A stretch of DNA of 56,533 nucleotides, taken from positions 1-56,533 of the forward strand of contig JADHNL010000003.1 of the NCBI GenBank assembly GCA_016779525.1, written 5' to 3'. Origin of the DNA: SAR86 cluster bacterium (GTDB lineage Bacteria > Pseudomonadota > Gammaproteobacteria > Magnimaribacterales > TMED112). This document shows positions 49,462 to 56,533 of this stretch, one piece after another (position 1 is the first letter of the stretch; each line of letters begins with the position of its first letter). The notes beneath the pieces were generated by a model. That model made no database searches. It was not told the origin of the DNA and saw only the letters and a list, made by a program, of their open reading frames with translations. The translations under genes and the position numbers were made by a program.

Positions 49462-51211
49462 TTATTGTGGAGAAATAACAAAAGAACTTCTTGGTGAAGA
49501 AGTAACTGTTTGCGGTTGGGTGCATCGAAGAAGGGACCATGGTGGTGTCATTTTCTTAGATCTCAGAGATACCACAGGAATTGTTCAGCTAGTTATTAAT
49601 CCAGATGCTGGAGAGAGTTTTAAGATTGCTGAAGATGTTAGAGGGGAGTATGTCTTAAAGGCAACTGCAAAAGTAGATCCTAGACCAGAAGACAGCGCCA
49701 ACAAGGATTTGAATACTGGAGAAATAGAGCTTAATGTCAAAGCATTAACAATTTTAAACGTAGCAGAGACTCCAGCTTTTCCTCTTGATCAGTCATCAGA
49801 AGTTGGAGAGGATGTGCGTCTGAAGAATAGGGCACTCGATCTTAGACGGCCTGAAATGCAAAAAAATATTAGAACAAAGGCCTTGCTCACTAAGGCAATT
49901 CGAGATTACCTGGAGAGCAATAGATTTCTTGATATAGAAACTCCAATTTTAACTAAAGCAACTCCAGAAGGAGCACGAGATTATCTGGTACCAAGTAGAA
50001 CTAATCCTGGAAAATTTTTTGCTCTTCCACAATCACCACAACTATTTAAGCAAATGCTAATGATTTCTGGTTTTGACAGATATTATCAAATTGCAAGATG
50101 TTTCAGAGATGAGGATCTGCGTGCAGACAGGCAGCCTGAATTTTCTCAAGTTGATATAGAAGCATCTTTTGTTGAGGAAAACGATGTAATGAACTTTTCT
50201 GAGGAAATGATCAAGGAATGTTTTAAAAATGTTCTGGATGTGGATTTAGGGGAAATAAATAAGATTACATGGACGGAAGCTATGGAAACCTATGGAAGTG
50301 ATAAGCCAGATCTTAGGAATCCATTAAAACTCTTAGAAGTAAGTGAGTTATTTAGCAAAGAGGAATTTAAAGTATTTTCAGATCCAGCCAATGACTCTAA
50401 TTCTCGAATTGCTGCCCTAGTCATTAAAAATGGTAGCTCAATCGGCCGCGGACAAATTGATAGATACACCGATTTTGTAAAAGATTTTGGTGCTAAGGGT
50501 CTAGCTTATATTAGGGTTGAAGAAGCTAAGGTTGAGGGCCTTTCATCTCCAATACTGAAATATCTCTCTAAAGAATGTTTGGAAGCAGTATTTTCAACTC
50601 TCAATTTGGCTAAAGATGATTTAGTTTTCTTTGGTGCAGGTAAGAAAAAAACTGTAAACGATTACATGAGCAGGTTAATGGCTAAGATTGGTGATGATGG
50701 AGAGCTTTTAGATGAAGGCTTCAAAGCGTGTTGGGTAACAAACTTTCCAATGTTTGAAGAAGACAGCAATCAAAACCTTACTTCATTGCATCATCCTTTT
50801 ACCAGCCCAAACATTAATAATGTGGATGAACTTAATAATATCGATCCACTTAACCTTGCTTCTAGAGCATATGATTTAGTAATTAACGGAATAGAGATTG
50901 GTGGAGGTTCAATTCGTATTCACGATCAAAGCATCCAAGACAAGGTATTTAAACTGTTGGGTCTAGATGAAAGTGAAGTTCAGGAAAAATTCGGCTTCTT
51001 TCTGAATACGTTGTCAACGGGGTGCCCTCCCCACGGCGGTATTGCATTTGGTCTTGATAGATTAGCAATGATTATGGTGGGTGCTAATTCGATAAGAGAT
51101 GTAATTGCATTTCCAAAAACACAATCTGCTCTTTGTCTTCTGACTGAAGCTCCTGGTAATGTTTCTAGTGAAAGTCTAGATGAATTAAATATATCTTTAA
51201 TGGAGGAATAG
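49451..51211 (+). CDS. aspS: aspartyl-tRNA synthetase (probably non-discriminating)
   Basis: MRTNYCG, RRDHGG, TPEGARD, LPQSPQ, FRDED.RADRQPEF, HHPFT, GLDR; start ATG 49451. Confidence 0.99.
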   Translation: MRTNYCGEITKELLGEEVTVCGWVHRRRDHGGVIFLDLRDTTGIVQLVINPDAGESFKIAEDVRGEYVLKATAKVDPRPEDSANKDLNTGEIELNVKALTILNVAETPAFPLDQSSEVGEDVRLKNRALDLRRPEMQKNIRTKALLTKAIRDYLESNRFLDIETPILTKATPEGARDYLVPSRTNPGKFFALPQSPQLFKQMLMISGFDRYYQIARCFRDEDLRADRQPEFSQVDIEASFVEENDVMNFSEEMIKECFKNVLDVDLGEINKITWTEAMETYGSDKPDLRNPLKLLEVSELFSKEEFKVFSDPANDSNSRIAALVIKNGSSIGRGQIDRYTDFVKDFGAKGLAYIRVEEAKVEGLSSPILKYLSKECLEAVFSTLNLAKDDLVFFGAGKKKTVNDYMSRLMAKIGDDGELLDEGFKACWVTNFPMFEEDSNQNLTSLHHPFTSPNINNVDELNNIDPLNLASRAYDLVINGIEIGGGSIRIHDQSIQDKVFKLLGLDESEVQEKFGFFLNTLSTGCPPHGGIAFGLDRLAMIMVGANSIRDVIAFPKTQSALCLLTEAPGNVSSESLDELNISLMEE

Positions 51212-51948
51212 TGGCAGGTCATTCCAAGTGGGCAAATATTAAACATAGAAAAGCACGACAAGATGCAAAAAGAGGAGCTGTCTTTACCAAGATTATTAGA
51301 GAATTAACTGTAGCAGCAAAAGATGGTGGAGGAATCATTGAGGATAATCCTAGGTTGCGGTTGGCTTACGATAAAGCTCTTTCAGCAAACATGACGAAAG
51401 ACACAATTAACAGAGCTATACAAAGAGGTGCAGGTGGGCAAGAAGGACAGAACCTTGAGGAAGTTCTTTATGAAGGTTACGCTCCAGGGGGCGTTGCGGT
51501 TTTAGTAAAAACACTTACTGACAATAAAAATAGAACTGTTTCAGAAGTAAGACATGCATTTTCAAAATTTGGTGGCAATTTGGGGACTTCAGGGTCAGTG
51601 GCATATTTATTTGAGTCCAAAGGCAAGTTGTTAGTAAATTCAACTTTAGAAAATGAGACATTCTATGACCTTGTCATAGAAAATGGCGCTGAGGATCTTG
51701 ATCAAGTTAGTGATGAGCAGATAGAGATTGTGTGTCAACCCAAGGATGTATCAAATCTAAAAAGAGTACTGGAAGAATCAGAATTTAGTGTTGAAGCATC
51801 TGAAATTGTGATGGAGGCCGATAATTCAATAAGTCTTGATCCTGAACAATCCGAAAAAAACATGAAACTTACAGATGCTTTAGAAGATCTCGATGATGTG
51901 CAAGAAGTCTTTACAAATGCAGACTTAGATGTTTCAGTATTTGAATAA
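51211..51948 (+). CDS. yebC: YebC/PmpR-family protein
   Basis: MAGHSKWANIKHRK, YEGY.PGG, TDNKNRT, LEDLDDVQ; GTG start with SD GGAGG. Confidence 0.97.
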   Translation: MAGHSKWANIKHRKARQDAKRGAVFTKIIRELTVAAKDGGGIIEDNPRLRLAYDKALSANMTKDTINRAIQRGAGGQEGQNLEEVLYEGYAPGGVAVLVKTLTDNKNRTVSEVRHAFSKFGGNLGTSGSVAYLFESKGKLLVNSTLENETFYDLVIENGAEDLDQVSDEQIEIVCQPKDVSNLKRVLEESEFSVEASEIVMEADNSISLDPEQSEKNMKLTDALEDLDDVQEVFTNADLDVSVFE

Positions 51949-52355
51949 TGACAATTAATCAGAGAAAAAAAGGGCATGATTTTGAACGAAAGATATCAAG
52001 AATGCTCCAAGATGATCTGGAGTTAAAGAAACCGGTTCGTAGAATTCTCTCCCAATATCAAGAAAAAGATCATCCTGATTTAAAACTCGGAAGATGGAAT
52101 TTAGAGTGCAAAGCCTACAAAAAAGGTTTTGAGCCTGCTTCAGCATGGTGGGCACAAGTAGTTGGAGTAACCCGAGAGGATGAATTTCCAGCCTTAGTTT
52201 ATAAATTTGATAACAAACCAATCAGAGTGAGGGTTAGAGTCTCTGAAGTGAATCCTAACCTCACAGATTCACTAAAAGTTGTTGATCTTAATTGGGAAAG
52301 CTATTGTTATTTATTGAAAACAATGTACCAAGACGACCTTAGGAGCCATTTTTAA
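51948..52355 (+). CDS. PD-(D/E)XK endonuclease, putative Hjc/phage-type Holliday junction resolvase
   Basis: RKKG..FER (E13), PD (D44) and ECK (E53, K55) follow the Hjc-like catalytic arrangement; occupies the ruvCAB position. Confidence 0.75.
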   Translation: MTINQRKKGHDFERKISRMLQDDLELKKPVRRILSQYQEKDHPDLKLGRWNLECKAYKKGFEPASAWWAQVVGVTREDEFPALVYKFDNKPIRVRVRVSEVNPNLTDSLKVVDLNWESYCYLLKTMYQDDLRSHF

Positions 52356-53005
52356 TGAACTTAGAGATTTTTGATTTATTAAGCAATGCCTCTTTACCCG
52401 TACAAATAATACTTTTGATACTAGTAGTAGCGTCAGTATTGTCTTGGATTCTAATATTTGAAAGGTTTTTTACTCTCAGCAAAGCCACGAAAAATTCACA
52501 TGAGGTAGAAGACCAATTTTGGGAAGGCGAGAGCGTTGAAAAACTATACTTCGATTTAAAAGAAAAAGATTTAATTGAGCTTGAAACATCAGAGCTTGTT
52601 TTGCTGACCGTGTATGAAGAGTTCTCAGACAAGACTTCAAAAAAAACAGAGGACTTAGAATCGGTAGAGCGTCTTGTACGCGTTGTTATTAATAGAGAAG
52701 AAGAAAGATTATCAAAAAATTTATCACTTTTGGCTACAATTAGCTCTAGTGCCCCATACATTGGTTTGCTTGGTACGGTTATCGGAATAATAAATGCTTT
52801 TGCCGGCCTGTCTACGACAGCTCAGTTAACATTAAGCTCAGTTGCACCAGGAATTTCAGAGGCCTTGGTTGCAACAGCAGTGGGCTTACTTGCTGCTATA
52901 CCTGCATTAATTGGCTACAATCAACTTACCAGGAAGTTGGAAAATGTTCTCAATGGATCCTTGGCTTTTGCAGAAGAGCTAATAACCAAATCATATAGAA
53001 ATTAA
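52355..53005 (+). CDS. tolQ: TolQ (MotA/TolQ/ExbB family)
   Basis: SVLSW, PYIGLLGTV.GI, APGISEALVATA.GL..AIPA. Confidence 0.96.
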   Translation: MNLEIFDLLSNASLPVQIILLILVVASVLSWILIFERFFTLSKATKNSHEVEDQFWEGESVEKLYFDLKEKDLIELETSELVLLTVYEEFSDKTSKKTEDLESVERLVRVVINREEERLSKNLSLLATISSSAPYIGLLGTVIGIINAFAGLSTTAQLTLSSVAPGISEALVATAVGLLAAIPALIGYNQLTRKLENVLNGSLAFAEELITKSYRN

Positions 53006-53008
53006 AAA

Positions 53009-53431
53009 ATGCTTCTTGGAAACAGACTTCAAGGTAAAAAGAAAATCATCAATGAGATCAATGTTGTTCCATATGTTGATGTTATGTTGGTGCTTTTGGT
53101 AATTTTTATGGTTGTGACTCCTTTAGCAGTACAAGGGCTTGATATAAATTTACCCAAAACTGAAGCAAAAGAAATAGAGCTTGAAAATAATTTACCTTTT
53201 GTAATTGATGTAAGTGAAGATGGTAATTATTTCATTGAAGAAGACAATGAGGTTGTTCAAGTCTCTATTGGTTTTCTTGAGGATAGGTTCAGTCGAGTAA
53301 TATCATTAAATCCTGAAGTAGAAGTTATTATAAGAGGAGATGGAGCTGCGGATTATCAATCAATTGCTGAATTACTTGCGGTACTACAATCAAATGGTGC
53401 CAATAATTTTTCTTTAGCAACACAACCATGA
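53009..53431 (+). CDS. tolR: TolR (ExbD family)
   Basis: EINVVPYVDVMLVLLVIFMV with the conserved TM Asp; IRGD. Confidence 0.95.
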   Translation: MLLGNRLQGKKKIINEINVVPYVDVMLVLLVIFMVVTPLAVQGLDINLPKTEAKEIELENNLPFVIDVSEDGNYFIEEDNEVVQVSIGFLEDRFSRVISLNPEVEVIIRGDGAADYQSIAELLAVLQSNGANNFSLATQP

Positions 53432-54009
53432 TTAGATGGCTAGCCGCAATCATATTCTCACTACTAATCCATGCATTAATCATCTTTTCTTATAACTTTT
53501 TTCAGAATTACGACTTAAATGTTAAAGAAAGAAAAGTTACCGGCGTTAAATTTTTGCCAGCTGAGAAAAAACAAGATGTAATTAATGAGATTCAAAAAAA
53601 ATCTACCGAACCAAAAATTGCTCAATCTACAGAAAAGCAACCTGCACTTGTTCAGCAAAAAAAAGACTTTTCAAGCTACATCAGCGAAGAGCTACTAATG
53701 GAAATGGATCAACAAAATTTGGATTTAGTCGAAGAAATAAGCTCAAAAGTTATCAATGATCTTCAAAATATATGGATTGAGCCAAACAATCTACCTCAAG
53801 GTGTTTATGCCGATTTTAGCTTAGAACTTGACCGGCTTGGTAATATCATCTCATTTAAACTCATCAGGTCTAGTGGCATTGGAGCTTTTGATAGGGCTGC
53901 ACAAAATGCAATCCGAAAATACAACAAAATCAAATACATTGCTGAAATTGATCAATCATTGTATTCAACATACTTTGAGAAATTTACAATAAGGTTTATA
54001 CCTAAATGA
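53428..54009 (+). CDS. tolA: TolA-like protein (short)
   Basis: TM with S...H (SLLIH), short linker, TolA/TonB C-terminal domain (W..P, SSG..AFD.AA..AI); between tolR and tolB. Confidence 0.82.
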   Translation: MIRWLAAIIFSLLIHALIIFSYNFFQNYDLNVKERKVTGVKFLPAEKKQDVINEIQKKSTEPKIAQSTEKQPALVQQKKDFSSYISEELLMEMDQQNLDLVEEISSKVINDLQNIWIEPNNLPQGVYADFSLELDRLGNIISFKLIRSSGIGAFDRAAQNAIRKYNKIKYIAEIDQSLYSTYFEKFTIRFIPK

Positions 54010-55259
54010 AAAAACTTTTTTTACTACTAATTAGTATTGGTAATCTCTATGCCGACTTGGTTTTAGAAATTACACAGGGTTCGGAACAACCAGTTAGACT
54101 CGCTCTTATTGAAATTGGAGGATCTTCCTATGAGGGAAACGAGGTCATAGAAATTGTAAGAAACGATCTTTTAAGAACTGGTGAATTTGATGTGCTAACA
54201 AACGATCAGTTGCTTTCTATTCCAGCTTCAGAGGAAGATGTTATCCAAAGAGATTGGTTGTTACTTGAAGCGGATGCAATTGTTTTTATGAACATTCAGC
54301 AGGAACAAGGAGCATTGGATATTGAATATTCTTTTTTTGATATTGGTTATAAAGAGTCAATTGAGAAAAGAAAGGTTTTAGGCTTGCCTGATAGCGTCAG
54401 ACAAACAAGCCATTATGTCTCTGATGGAATATACGAGTTTTTCTACGGGATTGAAGGAGTTTCATCTACAAAATTAATGTATGTTGCCAAGAATTCAGAC
54501 ATATATAAATTAATTGTGAGCGATGCAGATGGTTTTAATGAGCAAGTGCTGCTGAAATCAAACAGTTCCATTATTTCACCGGCTTGGTCAGCCGATGCAA
54601 AAGATATTGCTTACGTTTCTTTTGAAAATAATAGAGCACAGGTATTTACTCAAAACCTAGAAACAGGTGAAAGGGAGTTGGTATTGAGCTCAAATGCTTC
54701 AGTTAGCTCTCCTGCGTGGTCACCAGACAAGAAGTTTCTTGCGTTCTCAACGACTAAAGATGGCAATTCTGAAATATATTTAATCAATCTAAAAAGCAAA
54801 GAGCTAACAAGACTTACAGACAACACAGCCATAGATACAGAGCCTGCTTGGTCTAAAGATGGTAAAAATCTATTATTTACATCAGATCGTGCAGGCTCCC
54901 CACAGATTTACCAAGTCAATATTAGGAACAAATTAAAAAGAAGGATTACCACTGTTGGAAGCTACAATGCTAGAGCATCTTATCTAAACCAAGATGAAAT
55001 AGTATTTGTCCATAGAGGAGAATCTGATTTTAATGTCGCCAAGATGAATCTTAATACAAGATCACTGGATATTTTAACTAGCACTAAGTTTGATGAAAGC
55101 CCATGCATCGCGCCCAATGGAAACGTTATTATTTATTCAACTAAAGACGGAAATTTATCTTACTTGGCTGGTGTAAATATAAGTAGCAGGGTAAAATTTA
55201 AACTTCCAGCACTGTATGGAGAATTAAAGGAGCCAGCATGGTCTCCATATTTAAGGTAA
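54006..55259 (+). CDS. tolB: TolB beta-propeller protein
   Basis: Signal peptide, LEITQG, DADG, repeated SPAWS/EPAWS blades, YVSFE, FTSDR. Confidence 0.96.
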   Translation: MKKLFLLLISIGNLYADLVLEITQGSEQPVRLALIEIGGSSYEGNEVIEIVRNDLLRTGEFDVLTNDQLLSIPASEEDVIQRDWLLLEADAIVFMNIQQEQGALDIEYSFFDIGYKESIEKRKVLGLPDSVRQTSHYVSDGIYEFFYGIEGVSSTKLMYVAKNSDIYKLIVSDADGFNEQVLLKSNSSIISPAWSADAKDIAYVSFENNRAQVFTQNLETGERELVLSSNASVSSPAWSPDKKFLAFSTTKDGNSEIYLINLKSKELTRLTDNTAIDTEPAWSKDGKNLLFTSDRAGSPQIYQVNIRNKLKRRITTVGSYNARASYLNQDEIVFVHRGESDFNVAKMNLNTRSLDILTSTKFDESPCIAPNGNVIIYSTKDGNLSYLAGVNISSRVKFKLPALYGELKEPAWSPYLR

Positions 55260-55261
55260 GT

Positions 55262-55753
55262 ATGAAAAAAATAATTTATTCTTTATTCGCTTTAGCACTA
55301 CTATTTTCTTGCTCATCAACTCAAGTTGAAAAAGTTTCACAACAAAAAACTACAACTGTAGATTTAACTGGTAACCAGGCTGCTCGTGGAGTTGTATCAC
55401 GAGAAAGTGTTGATCTTGGTGAGCCATATGTTCGAATTTACTTTGATTACGATAAAGACAATTTGAGAGAAGATATGCTTTCCGATCTATTGGCTATCTC
55501 AAAGTTAATGAAAGAAAACTCATCCTACACACTTTTAGTGGAAGGTCATGCAGATGAAAGAGGAACAAGAGAATACAACCTAGCATTGAGTGAAAGAAGA
55601 GCAAAATCTGTTGAAGATTTTCTAACGGCATCTGGAGTATCTCCGTTCAATATTGAAGTAGTTGGGTACGGTGAGGAAAAACCAGTAAACAATGCTTCCA
55701 ATGAGAGTGCATGGTCAAAAAATAGAAGAGCTGAATTATTCTTTATTAGGTAG
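55262..55753 (+). CDS. pal: peptidoglycan-associated lipoprotein Pal
   Basis: Lipobox LFSC, YFDYD, EGHADERGTREYN..LS.RRA, GEEKP, NRRA; ATG 55262. Confidence 0.97.
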   Translation: MKKIIYSLFALALLFSCSSTQVEKVSQQKTTTVDLTGNQAARGVVSRESVDLGEPYVRIYFDYDKDNLREDMLSDLLAISKLMKENSSYTLLVEGHADERGTREYNLALSERRAKSVEDFLTASGVSPFNIEVVGYGEEKPVNNASNESAWSKNRRAELFFIR

Positions 55754-56406
55754 TGTTTAGAAATCTATTTCTTTTTTCATTAATTCTTAACCTTCAAGGT
55801 GTTGCACAAGAATCTGAAAGCGATAAAGATTTTCTATCCTTGTTTATGAAAATACAGAATTTAGAGAAGGAAGTTGCACAATTAAGAAACGAGATCGAAG
55901 TATTAGAAGCCGAAGTCAAATATTACGAATCGCAAAATAAAAATTCTATTGATGGACTTGAGCTTAAAGTCCTTTCGCTAATGAGTTTAGACAATCTGCA
56001 GAATGCTGAAAGCACATTAGGTCAAAAATCCAATCAGCTTTTAAATTCTTATGAAGAGGCAATAATACTTATTCAGAAAGGCAACTTAGTCGAAGCGGTA
56101 AATACATTAAATAATTTTGTTGCCAATAACCAAGACGATGAACAAACTCCTTTGGCATACTTTTGGTTGGGTGAACTAAATTTGAGTCAAAATAACTTAG
56201 CTCTATCAATTCAAAATTTTAATACACTCATTGGGCTTTACCCAACTCACTGGAGAGTGCCTCTAGCCAAGTATAAACTTGGGGCAATTTATCTTGAGCA
56301 AGGGAATACAAATAGGGCCAAAACTCAGTTTGAGTTTGTGATTAAAGAATATCCCGATAGTTCTGCAGCAAAAGCTTCCAGAGAGTCTTTAGATAGTCTA
56401 GAATAG
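55753..56406 (+). CDS. cpoB: CpoB/YbgF TPR protein
   Basis: Signal peptide, coiled coil (LEKEVAQLRNEIE), TPRs (AYFWLGE, YKLG, YPDSSAA); follows pal. Confidence 0.88.
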   Translation: MFRNLFLFSLILNLQGVAQESESDKDFLSLFMKIQNLEKEVAQLRNEIEVLEAEVKYYESQNKNSIDGLELKVLSLMSLDNLQNAESTLGQKSNQLLNSYEEAIILIQKGNLVEAVNTLNNFVANNQDDEQTPLAYFWLGELNLSQNNLALSIQNFNTLIGLYPTHWRVPLAKYKLGAIYLEQGNTNRAKTQFEFVIKEYPDSSAAKASRESLDSLE

Positions 56407-56420
56407 CAAAATCATTTTGT

Positions 56421-56496
56421 GGGTCGCTAGCTCAGCTGGTAGAGCACCGGGCTTTTAACCCGTTGGTCATAGGTTCGAATCCTATGCGACCCACCA
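56421..56496 (+). tRNA. tRNA-Lys (anticodon TTT)
   Basis: Acceptor GGGTCGC/GCGACCC, D arm GCTC/GAGC, anticodon loop CTTTTAA, T arm ATAGG-TTCGAAT-CCTAT, encoded CCA; 76 nt. Confidence 0.98.
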
Positions 56497-56533
56497 TTAC
56501 CACTTAAATATACACACATTTAATTATTGATAT

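Overview
A 56.5-kb, AT-rich (roughly one-third GC by eye) core-genome segment from an extremely streamlined gammaproteobacterium. Gene order is Pseudomonas/Oceanospirillales-like and the compaction suggests a marine SAR86-like lineage; that taxonomy is inferred. Summing the gaps by hand gives only about 490 intergenic bases (about 99% genic). Contents in order: gatCAB, mreBCD-yhdP, mgtE, kdsD-lptA-lptB, mlaC-murA, degS, rplM-rpsI-petABC-sspA, lpoA, rsmI, RNase P RNA, a rearranged dcw cluster, rpsF-rpsR-rplI-dnaB-alr, pyrG-kdsA-eno-ftsB-ispDF-surE, DUF368, fdxA, recA, a DUF885 protein, proS, aspS-yebC, tolQRAB-pal-cpoB and tRNA-Lys(TTT). No IS element, prophage, CRISPR array or long repeat was seen. 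The best candidate for new biology is a 135-aa Hjc/phage-type PD-(D/E)XK nuclease that sits, translationally coupled on both sides, where ruvC-ruvA-ruvB normally lie. Other oddities: ftsZ moved into the mraZ slot behind rnpB and lacking its conserved C-terminal peptide; a probable ATT start for rsmH; an SxN-to-SxQ change in FtsI; shortening of several periplasm-spanning proteins (YhdP, LpoA, TolA, LptA with no local lptC); clean loss of the ProRS editing domain; an in-situ IspD-IspF fusion; two divergent genes sharing one CATG; and a one-mismatch LexA box at recA. All absences refer to this window only.
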